From an uncultured delta proteobacterium (GTDB lineage Bacteria; Myxococcota_A; Polyangia; Fen-1088): a stretch of DNA of 64,000 nt. Under the pieces are notes generated by a model that saw nothing but the letters and a program-made list of their open reading frames with translations, made no database searches and was not told the origin of the DNA. A program made the translations under genes and the position numbers. This document shows positions 47,901 to 61,260 of this stretch, piece by piece. The stretch's first letter is position 1. The number at the start of each line of letters is the position of its first letter. The stretch covers positions 320,001 through 384,000 of the forward strand of contig CAVWIP010000010.1 in NCBI GenBank assembly GCA_963755125.1, in the 5' to 3' direction.

Positions 47901-48617
47901 ATGAGAACAGCACCCATGGCCGGTCTTGCATGCGTGCTCGGACTGGGCCTTGCGGGCTGCAAGGCCAGCGTGGTCAGTGAAAGCGCGATTGACGGCGGCC
48001 TCGCCAGCGACGGCTCCACACCCGAGACCGGCGCGGCAGCGGCGTACACCTACGTGTTCATCAGGGACAGAGAGTTCGAGCAGCCCAACTTCTCTTGCAG
48101 CGCCAGCGACGCCCCCGGAACTGACATCGACACTGTCGGGCTGATTCGCAACAACACCGTGGTGGGATACACGATGAAGGAATCTGCGGCCTTCACACCC
48201 GAGAACGTGGCGTGCGCTCCCACAGATTGCGCCGGCGAGAACTGCAAGTACGCCAGCTCGAGCACCACGTTCAGCCAGACGACCCTTGTCTCCTGGACCG
48301 AGGGACCCCCGGATGCGGTGGTCAACCAGTCAGGCGATGACTCAGGCTTCATGTCGCTCAACGGCGGCTCCCTGCAGTTTCAGATCGGCGACCTACTCGG
48401 CAATGGTCCAGCGCAGACAATCCGGTCCGGCGATCAGATCAAGGTTTTCGAGGTGGATCCGACGCCTGCGCACTACCAGCTCTGGGTGCAGAACGGGTCA
48501 ACATCGCTCCAGCTCAATCCTGCGCAATTCGACCCCGCCAATTCCGCCACCTGCGGTGCGACACCCGCCCCGGGCGAAACACTCGGCTGCGGCACCACCG
48601 TGTTCGCGGTGCCATAG
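47901..48617 (+). CDS. Hypothetical Cys-rich lipoprotein
   Basis: Lipobox GLAGC, beta-rich domain with several Cys. Confidence 0.7.
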   Translation: MRTAPMAGLACVLGLGLAGCKASVVSESAIDGGLASDGSTPETGAAAAYTYVFIRDREFEQPNFSCSASDAPGTDIDTVGLIRNNTVVGYTMKESAAFTPENVACAPTDCAGENCKYASSSTTFSQTTLVSWTEGPPDAVVNQSGDDSGFMSLNGGSLQFQIGDLLGNGPAQTIRSGDQIKVFEVDPTPAHYQLWVQNGSTSLQLNPAQFDPANSATCGATPAPGETLGCGTTVFAVP

Positions 48618-48764
48618 TCGCGTGGGGAGCCCGCCGGCTCCCCCTTCGGGGACTTCGGGACAGCCCGCCACCCTGCCCACCCCGCGCGCTTCGCGCGCGC
48701 CCTCGTTGCCGGCGGCGTACCATCGCGGGAGGGTTTGGGAACCCTTTCAGGGTTTCCATGTCAG
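48617..48764. repeat. Multi-hairpin REP/MITE-like element, long copy
   Basis: Hairpins GGGGAGCC..GGCTCCCC, CCCC-TTC-GGGG, GCGCG-CTT-CGCGC and GGGAACCCT-TTC-AGGGTTTCC. Shares both ends with 51397-51478. Confidence 0.7.
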
Positions 48765-48781
48765 AAAGCAGAGCCCGGCCG

Positions 48782-51346
48782 CTACTCCACCACCAGCGCG
48801 TTGAAGGCGGCCACCAGGCGACGGCAGGCGCTGAGTGCGGCGAATTCGCTGCGCGGCTTGCCGTCCGTGGGTCGCACCACGGCCATGGTGTCTTGTGCCG
48901 CTTTCATGAAATCGTTGGCTCCCTCGGTACGGGCCATCTCGGCTCGTGCGCTCTCGGCATAGTCGATGAACATCGTGAAGATGTCGGCAAGCGCTTTGGC
49001 CCGCTCGTCCACCGACTCGCGAGCAGGTGGATCGGACTTCACGGCGCGCAGCCAGGCGTTCGCGCCCAGGGCAAATCGACGCATGTGCCAGGCAGCCTTG
49101 CGACCTTCAAGCTTCTCCTGCAAAGCCAACTCCTGCCACTGCCACTCGCTGCGCGCGGCCAGAAGCTCGGCACGCAAGGCCGCCGCTGAGCGCATGACCG
49201 CGTCCAGCTTCTGCCCGCCTTGCACAGCGGAAAGGTAGGTATCGGCGGCGCCTTCGAGCGGAGCGATGGCTGGCGCCAGATCACGCGCCTCACGCACCAG
49301 TGTCTTGCAGCGGGCCAGATCCTCGCTGGGCAGGCGGACGCGGGCCCCGGCCTTCGCGCTGCCGTCGCTGCTGTCGCCCGCAGCGGCCAGGCACTGGGCG
49401 TACTTGTCCAGTTTGGCAAGAGCGCCGTCGATTTCTTCCGATGGTCGCGCCGATTCGGGATAGCTGAGGGTAAGCTCGGCGGGCGCAGGCGGCGGGTCGA
49501 GAGGTGAAGGCGGCACCAGCAGGTGGTTCATGCGCAGCGCCAGCTTCAGCCCAGGCTTGGCCTCGAAGGACAACCGGCGGGTCAGACGTCCAGGCGCCGT
49601 CACATTGAGCAGATGGGACGTGGCCGAGTCGAGATCGATCTCGCGCTTGCTGGTGGGGATATGGTCGATCTGTACGCTGGTATCCGGGGGATCGAGCACC
49701 AGCATCACCTTGCGCATGACCCCTTTGCCGGCCACAGGCGCACTCGCGGCAGAACGGTCCTGCGCGCCGGCCTGCCAGAAATGATATCCGATCCGCGCGG
49801 CCACCAGCACGCCAAGCCCGATCCCGATCTTGATGAGCAGGCTGCGGGCACGCGCAGAAACCACGTGCTCGGGCGCCACGGTTCCCGCGGCCTGCGCGGG
49901 CGGTCTGGCGCGCGGCCGCTCGGAAATCGGAGGAGCTGGCACCTGATCGAGCGGGCGCGCCAGGGCTGGCCGCTCGTCGTCTTCGACGAAGTTGCGCGCC
50001 GAAGCCGGTCGGGCAGGCGCCAGGCTGCGGGGCTCGTCCTCTTCGGGGTGCGGCCGCGACGAGCGCCGGATCTCCGGTCGAGGCAGTGGCTCCGCGCCTC
50101 CCCGGAGTGGCTGTCTCGGTGGCGGCGAGGCTCCCCAGCGAGTGCCGCCCAACTCCAGCGGAGCTTCTTGCTCGGGCGGTGGCGCGAAGCGATCGTCGTC
50201 TGGGCCGCGGGCTGCGCGCGGCCGTCCTGGCGGAAGCGGCCGAGCCCCCTGGGGCAGGGGAATGTTCTCCAGCAGCCCGAAGCCGGGAGCCGGGGCTTCC
50301 TGCCCGTCAAGAGTCGACAGCCTGAGCGCCAAGCCGTCGCCCCGCGCCTCGGGTCCGACCGCGACGGGAGCCGGAGTCACCTCGGCGCTGCCACCGCTGA
50401 TGGCATCGCGCATGGCCGCGGCCGAAGGGAAGCGCTTCTCTATGTCGCGGTCAAGGGCGCGCACGATGGCCGCCTCGATGGGGGCTGGAATGTCGGGGCG
50501 CAAGGTTCGCGGCTGCGGGTACTTACCTTCCAAGATGGAGCCCAGGATGGCGGCGTAGCCCTCGCCACGGAAAGGCGTCCGGCCACACAGCATCTCGTAC
50601 AGCACCACGCCAGCCGCGAAGATGTCGGTACGGTGGTCAATCTGCGCCACCTGGCCGATGGCCTGCTCGGGCGACATGTACAGAGGCGTGCCCATCACCG
50701 TGCCCACCATGGTCCCCCTCATGGCCGCCGGACCCGCCTGGCCGGGCTGGCGTGCCGAGAGCTTCTTGGCGATGCCGAAGTCGACGATCTTGACGAAGTT
50801 GGGGCGATCTTCCGTGTTGATGACGAAGATATTGTCCGGCTTGAGGTCGCGGTGGACGATGCCGTGCTTGTGGGCTGCTGACAGGCCGCCCAGCACCTGA
50901 GTCATCAGGTTCACGGCCAAGGCCAACGGCATGCGTGGAGCCTGCTGCAGCAGCGCAGTGAGCGGCTTGCCGTCGAGCAGCTCCATGACCATGAACAGCA
51001 GCCCGTCGGGCGTGCGGCCCAAGTCGAAGACATCGATGATGTGCGGATGGCCGATGGCGCTGGCAGCTCGCGCCTCGCGCTCAAAACGCGTGGCCAGGTC
51101 AGCATCGTTGCTCATTTCCTGGCGCAAAGTCTTGACAGCCACTCGGCGGTCGAGCGCGATGTGCAGCCCCTCGTAGACCACGCCCATCGCGCCCCGGCCA
51201 ATCTCGCGAATGATCTTGTACTTGCCCTCGAGACTCTGGCCGATGGTCAGGCCGGCGGAAGGGACGGTCCCACCGATCTCCTTGCCGGTGACGGGGCAAC
51301 GGCTAGCGTCGGATGGGTGGCTCTCACCACAATGCGTACAGACCAC
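48782..51346 (-). CDS. Hanks-type Ser/Thr protein kinase (Zn ribbon, kinase, Pro-rich linker, TM, extracytoplasmic domain)
   Basis: IGRGAMGVVY, VAVK, HRDLKPDN, DFGIAK, GTPLYMSPEQ. Confidence 0.95.
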   Translation of the reverse strand: MVCTHCGESHPSDASRCPVTGKEIGGTVPSAGLTIGQSLEGKYKIIREIGRGAMGVVYEGLHIALDRRVAVKTLRQEMSNDADLATRFEREARAASAIGHPHIIDVFDLGRTPDGLLFMVMELLDGKPLTALLQQAPRMPLALAVNLMTQVLGGLSAAHKHGIVHRDLKPDNIFVINTEDRPNFVKIVDFGIAKKLSARQPGQAGPAAMRGTMVGTVMGTPLYMSPEQAIGQVAQIDHRTDIFAAGVVLYEMLCGRTPFRGEGYAAILGSILEGKYPQPRTLRPDIPAPIEAAIVRALDRDIEKRFPSAAAMRDAISGGSAEVTPAPVAVGPEARGDGLALRLSTLDGQEAPAPGFGLLENIPLPQGARPLPPGRPRAARGPDDDRFAPPPEQEAPLELGGTRWGASPPPRQPLRGGAEPLPRPEIRRSSRPHPEEDEPRSLAPARPASARNFVEDDERPALARPLDQVPAPPISERPRARPPAQAAGTVAPEHVVSARARSLLIKIGIGLGVLVAARIGYHFWQAGAQDRSAASAPVAGKGVMRKVMLVLDPPDTSVQIDHIPTSKREIDLDSATSHLLNVTAPGRLTRRLSFEAKPGLKLALRMNHLLVPPSPLDPPPAPAELTLSYPESARPSEEIDGALAKLDKYAQCLAAAGDSSDGSAKAGARVRLPSEDLARCKTLVREARDLAPAIAPLEGAADTYLSAVQGGQKLDAVMRSAAALRAELLAARSEWQWQELALQEKLEGRKAAWHMRRFALGANAWLRAVKSDPPARESVDERAKALADIFTMFIDYAESARAEMARTEGANDFMKAAQDTMAVVRPTDGKPRSEFAALSACRRLVAAFNALVVE

Positions 51347-51396
51347 GCGACGAGGATATCAGTAGCGTTGCGGCCTGTCAGCAGCGCTCATGCCCC

Positions 51397-51478
51397 GTCG
51401 CGTCTGGAGCCCGCCGTCTAAGCCGGCGGCGTACCATCGCGGGAGGGTTTGGGAACCCTTTCAGGGTTCCCATTTCAG
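51397..51478. repeat. Short (internally deleted) copy of the same element
   Basis: 51422-51478 matches 48708-48764 at 55/57. The 5' end GTCGCGT..GGAGCCCGCCG is also shared. Confidence 0.8.
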
Positions 51479-51630
51479 CGTCATCCCGAGCGAGCGAGCG
51501 TTTAACTCCCAACACGTGATGTGGTGGATTTCTAACACCATCGGGTGGCTCCCGAAACTTGAGCCAGTAGTTCCGACAAGTTAGACCTGCGCGCTCACTG
51601 GCGCGCCACTTGCTTTGCTGGGGAAGTGCA

Positions 51631-52368
51631 ATGCTAGGAAACACGGTTACCGCCACCCGCCCTGACACTCGCCTCTCCGTATCGGCGCCTCCACGTCGCG
51701 TGGCGTGCCTGGCTCTGCCCAAGGTTCTGCTTTGCGATCTGGACGGCACGCTCATCGACACCATGCCGGTGCTTGCCGATCTGGCGACCGAGGTCATGAC
51801 GGGAATTTACGGCATCCCAAGGCCCCTGGCCCGCGAACTGTACCTGGCCACCTGCGGGTTGCCGTTTGTCGAGCAACTCGAGGACATCTTTCCGGGCGAT
51901 GCGCGTAACCCTGCGGCTTCCGATCTGTTTGAAGGTCGCAAGCCCGCGCGTTGCGGGAGCGCGCGCATGATCGAGGATACGCGGGCAACCCTCTTCGAGT
52001 TGCAGGCTCGCGGCGCGCGCATCGCGGTTTCGTCCAACAACGGACGCGAGAACGTGCAGTCTTTCGCGAAACTTTCGGGTTTCCCCTTCGACCTGGTCAT
52101 GGGACACGGCGACGGGCTGGCCAAGGGCCGTCCGCACATCGAGTTGGCCGAGCGAACCTTCTGCGTCGACCGCCAGGAGATGCTGTTCGTCGGCGATTCA
52201 CTGCACGACGGCGAGATTGCCTACCTGGCGAAGATTCCCTTCGTGGGTCTGGCCGGGACGTTCGCCAAGGAGCGCTTCACCCTGCGTTTCCCGGGTCAGC
52301 CGGTGATTTGTCGCTTCGCCGAGATCCTGGATCTCTTGCCGGCATCGCGGGCCGCGGCGGCCGGGTAG
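51631..52368 (+). CDS. HAD-family hydrolase (start uncertain)
   Basis: CDLDGTLIDT, VSSNN, KG.PH, FVGDSLHD. Confidence 0.82.
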   Translation: MLGNTVTATRPDTRLSVSAPPRRVACLALPKVLLCDLDGTLIDTMPVLADLATEVMTGIYGIPRPLARELYLATCGLPFVEQLEDIFPGDARNPAASDLFEGRKPARCGSARMIEDTRATLFELQARGARIAVSSNNGRENVQSFAKLSGFPFDLVMGHGDGLAKGRPHIELAERTFCVDRQEMLFVGDSLHDGEIAYLAKIPFVGLAGTFAKERFTLRFPGQPVICRFAEILDLLPASRAAAAG

Positions 52369-52371
52369 CCA

Positions 52372-53118
52372 GTGCAGGTCGTCCTGCTGGCCGCGGGTCT
52401 GGGCAGCCGACTGGGCGCGCTGACCAAGGACATTCCCAAGGCCCTGATCAACGTGGCGGGAAAGCCGCTCATGTTCCACGCGCTGGAGTTCGCGGCCCGG
52501 CTGCGAGCGGCAAAGGTTCTGGTGGTCGGCGGCTACGGTTTTTCTTTGGTGGCGCGCGCGCTCGACCAGGGCCGGACTTGCAACCCGGCGCTGGCTGGAC
52601 TGGCCTTCGAGTTGATCGAGAACCCCAGCTTTCGCGACGGCAATCTCATCTCGCTGCTGGCGGCACGGCCGCGCCTGGACCAGGGTTTCCTTCTGCTCAA
52701 CGTGGATCACATCTACCGGCCCGGCGTCGCCGCGGTGGTGGCGCCGGATGCAACGGATGTCACGGCCTTCATCGACACCGACCGTAGCTTGGGGGCTGAC
52801 GACATGAAGGTCGAGCGCGGTTCCGACGGCCGCGTCCGCCGAATTTCCAAGACACTGACCAAGTTCGATGCCGGCTACGTGGGCATGACCCGCGTGCCCT
52901 CCTGTGCACTGCCCCGGTACTGGCAAACCGCCGATGCGGCCCTGGCCGAGGAAGGGCGAGCCATCCACGTCGAGCGCATCTTGGGCCGACTGGCCGAGGG
53001 TGATACGGCTCCCTTGTGTCGCGACATCAGCGGCCATGGATGGCTGGAAGTCGACACCGCCGAGGAGCGCGCCGCCGCAGAGCAGGCCCTGTTGGCACGG
53101 CCTCTCGAAAATTCGTAG
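52372..53118 (+). CDS. NTP transferase (LicC/MobA-like cytidylyltransferase)
   Basis: LLAAGLGSRLG..T..PKAL, GNLISL, NVDH, WLEVDT. Confidence 0.82.
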   Translation: MQVVLLAAGLGSRLGALTKDIPKALINVAGKPLMFHALEFAARLRAAKVLVVGGYGFSLVARALDQGRTCNPALAGLAFELIENPSFRDGNLISLLAARPRLDQGFLLLNVDHIYRPGVAAVVAPDATDVTAFIDTDRSLGADDMKVERGSDGRVRRISKTLTKFDAGYVGMTRVPSCALPRYWQTADAALAEEGRAIHVERILGRLAEGDTAPLCRDISGHGWLEVDTAEERAAAEQALLARPLENS

Positions 53119-53584
53119 TTCGGCCACTCAACTTGCTGGCTGGGCGTCCGAAAACCCTCGTCCAGGCCGTTCTTGCCGCAGGTTGCGCGCGGCCACGTGC
53201 ACGGGATCACGCGCGCCCGTTGCTACCAACACCACCGGCCTGAGGAACAGCCGTGGAGGACTGACATCTTGTCTGAACCAGTTTTTGGGGGGCAGGTCAC
53301 TGTGGCGACTATCACGACGAACGAGTCAACCTTGGTGAGATCCCATCTATCGGTGACATTCTATTCGAGGAACGCACCCAGACGTGCGGATCCCATGAAG
53401 CTCCACACGTCGCCGACACATATTATAATCAACGGGCACAGGAATGGTGTTACGTCCTTGACGCAGACAATCTATGCACAGGGATTCTGGCAATGGCCGG
53501 GTAGACGCTAAACTCGGGTGAGAGAGCCGGGATTCGTGGACGCAGACGGACGTCTGACTCTTCACGACAATAGGAGACATCGAA

Positions 53585-56392
53585 ATGAAAGACATTACGA
53601 GACAGAGTTACTCCGCCGCTGCTCTGGCTGCCGCGGGATTGATGGCTTTTGCCGCATGTTCGCTGCAGCCGACGCAGGCCAAGAGCGGCGGAAGCACGCA
53701 AGGCGGGAGCGCCACCTCGGGCGGAGGCCAGGGCGGTACATCGGGCGGAGGCCAGGGCGGCAACAGCGCGAGCGGCGCTAGCAACTCTGCCGGCGGGAGC
53801 CCGACAGGTGGCGACACCAGCACGAACGGCAGTTCTGCGGGTGGCAACCCCACGGGGAGTGGTACCTCTGGCGGAAACCCTGCGGGTGGCAGCGTCACCG
53901 GCGGCAGCGTGTCCGGTGGCGCCCCGACCGGCGGCAGCGTGTCCGGTGGCGCCCCGACCGGTGGTAGCGTGACGGGCGGCACCACCACCGCGGGCGGCAG
54001 CCGTACGGGCGGCGCCACCACTGGCGGCGCCACCACCGGCGGTAGCCCCATCGGCGGAACCACGACCAGCGGTAGCCATACCGGCGGCACCACTACCAGC
54101 GGCGGCGCCACCACAGGCGGAACCACGACGGGCGGAACCTCCGCTGGTGGAACCACGACTGGTGGAACCTCCGCGAGTAGCAGCGTCCCCACGGGCAACG
54201 TCACGGCCTGCACCTCGGCCTTGTACGCGCCCACCGAGACGATCTCAATACACATGAAACCGACGGACGCGGCAGCCACGAACTACGTCAGTGCGATGGC
54301 GGTCACCGACGAAATCAGCATCCTGTCCGGCCTCCCCAGCGCGAATCCATACGCCACGGCCGGCGAGGCTTTTCAATCGCTCGGCGTCGCCAGCCTGAAC
54401 ATCCCCCCCTACCCCATGCGCGACGGACCGCGCGGCATGCGCAACATCATGCCTGGCGATGTCTCCACCACCTGGGCGGTTGCCGAGGCGCGCGCGGCTT
54501 CATTCGATATCAATCTTGAACAAAGCGTGGGCCAGTTACAGGGCCAGGAGATGCGCGCGGCAAAGAACGAGCTCGCGCTCGCGCCGGTGATCAACACGCT
54601 CCGGCACCCGCGCTGGGCGCGGGCGCAGGAAACCTACGGCGAAGATCCTGTGCTGCTCGGTGAGATGGGCGCTGCCTTCGTGCGTGGAATGCAGCAACCA
54701 GGCGGGTCCGCCGCGTGCCCCAAGCACTATGTCTTGAACGACACGGATAACAACCGCATGCAGGCCGATCCGAACGTGGACGATCAGACCCTGCACGAAA
54801 ACTACACTCGGCCATTCGAGATCGTTGTCAAGAAGGCGGATCCGGCGTGCATCATGGCTGCCTACAACGAGGTCAACAACACTCACTGCACGGAGAACAG
54901 CCATATTCTGCACGATATCCTGCGCAGCACCGATTGGAACTGGGGTGGGTTCGTGGTGTCGGACTGGAGTGCGGCCCAGGCAGGCCACGGCGCTCTATCG
55001 ATGAACGCGGGTCTCGACCTGGAGATGCCGGTTCCCTCGGCGTTCACTACCCTCAGCAGCGATCTGACGGCGGGAACGCTCACGTCCGCCACGCTCACCC
55101 AGTCCGCCACCCGGGTCATGAATGCGCGAACAAAGTTAAACGACTTCGATGCCACGTTCATGGCGAGCACAGCGAGCTTCAGCCTGGCCGGCGCGTCTGC
55201 TTCCGACTCGCTCGCGGAAAAGACCGAGCTGGAGGGCGCGGTCCTGCTGAAGAACGATGGCATCTTGCCGCTTGGCGCTTTGGCGACCACGGTCGGAAGC
55301 GGCACACCCAACGTCAAGACCATTGCGATCGTCGGCCCGGACAACAACCTGCCTGTCGCACCGACACCCGCCCAGAACAGTCTGGCGGGCTTCGTCTCAG
55401 GCCTGGGCGACCGGGGCAGTAGCCAGACGGTGCCTCCGCATGCCGTGTCGTACTTCCAGGGACTTCAAGCCCGCGGCGGCGTCACCATCAAGCAAAGCGC
55501 CGATAGCTCCGCAGCGTCAGGGGCAGATGTGGTCATCATCCCGGTCTCGATGGCGCACGAGGATGAGGGCGAAGCTTACGGTGGGGGCGCCGACCGCCAG
55601 AACATGAACCTGACCACCATCCATCCCATCCACTGGGCCACGAAACCGACTGCCTTCATCCAGAGCGTTGCGGCCATCAACCCGAACGTCATCGTGCTGC
55701 TCAACGTGGGCAGCGCCATCATAGTCGAGGACTGGATGGCCAGTGCCAAGGCGATCATCCAGACCTTCTACCCTGGACAGGAAGGCGGAACCGCCCTGGC
55801 AGCGCTGCTGTTTGGCGACACCAATTTCTCGGGCAAGCTCCCCTTCACCGTCGGCCAGAATGAATCCGATTACCCGCAGTTCCAGAACAGCGGCTCCGCA
55901 GCCGCCACCATCGCTTACCTGCACGGCTACCGCCTGTTCGAAAAGAACGCCAAGCCGGTTCGCTACTGGTTTGGCTATGGCATGAGCTACACGACCTTCA
56001 GTTACAGCAACCTGCAGGTGCTCTGCTCGAACGGGACGATCCCGGCAACTGGCGCCCTGAACGTTCAGGTCACGGTCACCAACACCGGCACGGTGGCCGG
56101 CGACGAAATCGTTGAACTCTACATCGGCTATCCGAATAGCACGGCGCCGCAGCGGCCTGTCAAAGAGCTCAAAGCCTTCACGCGGGTCACGCTCGCTGCT
56201 GGCGCGAGCCAGAACGTCCAGCTCTCCATACCCGCGACGGACACGGCCTATTGGAATGTCAATTGCACCAATCCTGCCGGCACCATCCCCGCCACCGGCT
56301 GCTGGACCGTCGAGAAGGTGGCGCACACGGTTCTGGTAGGGCCGAGCGCCGATCCGACTAAGCTCTTGTCAGCAACCTTCACGATCCAGTAA
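53585..56392 (+). CDS. GH3 beta-glucosidase/xylosidase lipoprotein with Gly/Thr/Ser linker and Fn3-like domain
   Basis: Lipobox FAAC, DGPRG, RAQETYGEDP, KHY, MAAYN, VSDW (nucleophile), AVLLKN, FGYGMSYTTF, KELKAF. Confidence 0.92.
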   Translation: MKDITRQSYSAAALAAAGLMAFAACSLQPTQAKSGGSTQGGSATSGGGQGGTSGGGQGGNSASGASNSAGGSPTGGDTSTNGSSAGGNPTGSGTSGGNPAGGSVTGGSVSGGAPTGGSVSGGAPTGGSVTGGTTTAGGSRTGGATTGGATTGGSPIGGTTTSGSHTGGTTTSGGATTGGTTTGGTSAGGTTTGGTSASSSVPTGNVTACTSALYAPTETISIHMKPTDAAATNYVSAMAVTDEISILSGLPSANPYATAGEAFQSLGVASLNIPPYPMRDGPRGMRNIMPGDVSTTWAVAEARAASFDINLEQSVGQLQGQEMRAAKNELALAPVINTLRHPRWARAQETYGEDPVLLGEMGAAFVRGMQQPGGSAACPKHYVLNDTDNNRMQADPNVDDQTLHENYTRPFEIVVKKADPACIMAAYNEVNNTHCTENSHILHDILRSTDWNWGGFVVSDWSAAQAGHGALSMNAGLDLEMPVPSAFTTLSSDLTAGTLTSATLTQSATRVMNARTKLNDFDATFMASTASFSLAGASASDSLAEKTELEGAVLLKNDGILPLGALATTVGSGTPNVKTIAIVGPDNNLPVAPTPAQNSLAGFVSGLGDRGSSQTVPPHAVSYFQGLQARGGVTIKQSADSSAASGADVVIIPVSMAHEDEGEAYGGGADRQNMNLTTIHPIHWATKPTAFIQSVAAINPNVIVLLNVGSAIIVEDWMASAKAIIQTFYPGQEGGTALAALLFGDTNFSGKLPFTVGQNESDYPQFQNSGSAAATIAYLHGYRLFEKNAKPVRYWFGYGMSYTTFSYSNLQVLCSNGTIPATGALNVQVTVTNTGTVAGDEIVELYIGYPNSTAPQRPVKELKAFTRVTLAAGASQNVQLSIPATDTAYWNVNCTNPAGTIPATGCWTVEKVAHTVLVGPSADPTKLLSATFTIQ
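53897..53956 (+). repeat. Exact 30-bp tandem duplication in the GH3 linker
   Basis: ACCGGCGGCAGCGTGTCCGGTGGCGCCCCG twice, encoding TGGSVSGGAP. Confidence 0.9.
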
Positions 56393-56438
56393 AAGAGCCC
56401 TGTCGGTGTTCACGAAGGCGTTGAACGAGGATATCTCC

Positions 56439-57830
56439 ATGCACAGATCGACTGGTCGGGTGTTCGTTGCTGTGTGTCTGTTTGCCGGGGTTCGGCTCTT
56501 CGCGCCTGCTGCCCTGGCCCAGGGCGAAGAGGACTCAGCCCCACCTCCGTCGGACGAAGCCGCTCCCGTGCGAGCGGCTTCTCCGGGCAAGTCGTCCTCA
56601 TCAGAGGAAGTCGCTGTGTCAACGGGCCCGTCGCTTCCTCCCCCTCCATCCAAGCCCGACCCCAAGTCCGGGCCTCCCCCCGAGGCCGGGCTTCCCGGCT
56701 GGATCTTGGCACCACCAGCGACGCACGTGTCGTCAGGACTCGACTGGCACGGCAACCTCGAACTCGATGACGGCTATGTCAGGTACTCGTGGGACGCGGC
56801 AAGCTTTCCGAGGCTGACCGTTTACGATTCGCGCGGCCGCTTTGTCCTCGGCCCGCTGCTCACCCAGGATCTGGGTAACGGCTACTTCCTGCGCGAAACC
56901 GGGCAGGTCGTGGCTTGGGTTCGTGAAACCGCTGGCTCCTACTACCAGATCAACGCCGATGACGTCTATGTCCAGGTCGGCCAGCAGGGAGTCTGGGACT
57001 TCATGGCAGGTCGGTTTCTCACCTGGCGTGTCTTCCGCAAGGGTCTTGGCTTCGACCTGTACACCCTCGAGGATACCGGGGCCCGCCTCGACAACAACTA
57101 TACCGACTCAAACTGGTTCCAGCACATGTACGAGGTCAACACCATCTTCATGCGGGATCCCTCGATAGGGCCGGCAGGCCGGGCCGCGTTCCACTTCTAT
57201 CCGACCCCATGGTCGGGGGTCGAACTCGTTGGATCGTACGGCCACCTGAACAATGGCCAGGATGTTCTCGGTGGCAGATTGGCCGGCGGTGCGATACTGG
57301 AGTACGTCAGTCTGCTTGTCGGAGCAGAATATCAAGCTCTTTCTTCAGACCACCAGCTGTCCCAGTCCGACGGTACTCCATGCGGCAAGTGCAACACGGA
57401 TAGAACATACGGGGTTGGTGGCAGCTTGGCCGTTACCCCCATAAGGCCGATCGAGCTTGCCTTCAGCATCGCGTATAGCTGGGACCATGATTATCCGGAT
57501 ATTCTAGACGAGCTTGAAACACTCAAAAAGACGCATAGCTTGGGCGGCTATCTGCAAGTTGACGCCGGTTCGTTCTTCATGCCCCGCTCGCTCTTCCTCG
57601 GTGGTGCGTTTTTCCGCACTGAATACCTCAGTACCGGTGGTACGGCCGAGTACCAGCGCCACGATCAGCTTGCCGCCTACCTTGCCTACCCCCTCGGCTT
57701 CAACAACGCAGTCGTGAAGCTGGTATTTTCCGAAGCCACCGGATACCAGGAACTAGGCACGCAAGGGAATTATGCGTATCTTAATGCCCGCATGTATTCG
57801 GTGCGCCTCCGTTTTGCCTACTACTATTGA
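56439..57830 (+). CDS. Probable outer-membrane beta-barrel (porin-like)
   Basis: Signal peptide (ALA-Q), Pro-rich leader, aromatic-rich amphipathic strands, C-terminal VRLRFAYYY. Confidence 0.65.
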   Translation: MHRSTGRVFVAVCLFAGVRLFAPAALAQGEEDSAPPPSDEAAPVRAASPGKSSSSEEVAVSTGPSLPPPPSKPDPKSGPPPEAGLPGWILAPPATHVSSGLDWHGNLELDDGYVRYSWDAASFPRLTVYDSRGRFVLGPLLTQDLGNGYFLRETGQVVAWVRETAGSYYQINADDVYVQVGQQGVWDFMAGRFLTWRVFRKGLGFDLYTLEDTGARLDNNYTDSNWFQHMYEVNTIFMRDPSIGPAGRAAFHFYPTPWSGVELVGSYGHLNNGQDVLGGRLAGGAILEYVSLLVGAEYQALSSDHQLSQSDGTPCGKCNTDRTYGVGGSLAVTPIRPIELAFSIAYSWDHDYPDILDELETLKKTHSLGGYLQVDAGSFFMPRSLFLGGAFFRTEYLSTGGTAEYQRHDQLAAYLAYPLGFNNAVVKLVFSEATGYQELGTQGNYAYLNARMYSVRLRFAYYY

Positions 57831-58138
57831 AGCCCGGCGCCGAGATTCCATCCGACCGGGGCGGACGCGCCCGACCACTTGATGCCGACGAAACCACCGG
57901 TTGTTTACCTGTAGGCCGTACCAGCCTTCGCTCGTTCGAACGAAGATAGGCCTCGCGCCAGCGTGTGGCTGCGGACTGCGCTGGCATTCATGGACGCCTG
58001 ATCGGTAGGCACCAACCTACCACCACGCCGCGCCGGGAATCGCTCGGGCGGGGCAGCCGGGCATCAACGTGACTTGCTCGCGAGCCCGCGCCGCCATAAC
58101 TTAGCCCGTCCCGCCAGGCGCGGGGCGGAAGGACCTCC

Positions 58139-61204
<3,066 letters not shown>

Positions 61205-61260
61205 CCACACCGCATTCAAACCTGCGCTGGGTTTTTTCCAACCCGGTGTAAACTCCCCGC

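Noticed and set aside
48617..51478. Composite transposon or CRISPR reading of the repeats around the kinase
   Set aside because: There are only two copies 2.7 kb apart, with no spacer array, cas gene, transposase or evident target-site duplication.
53119..53584. Long intergenic regions (also 44324-44550 and 57831-58138) as riboswitch or ncRNA candidates
   Set aside because: No known riboswitch or RNA consensus was recognised by eye. An Rfam scan would be needed to exclude one.
53690..54180. Periodic GGC-rich DNA as a non-coding repeat array
   Set aside because: It is fully explained as the in-frame Gly/Thr/Ser linker of the GH3 lipoprotein.
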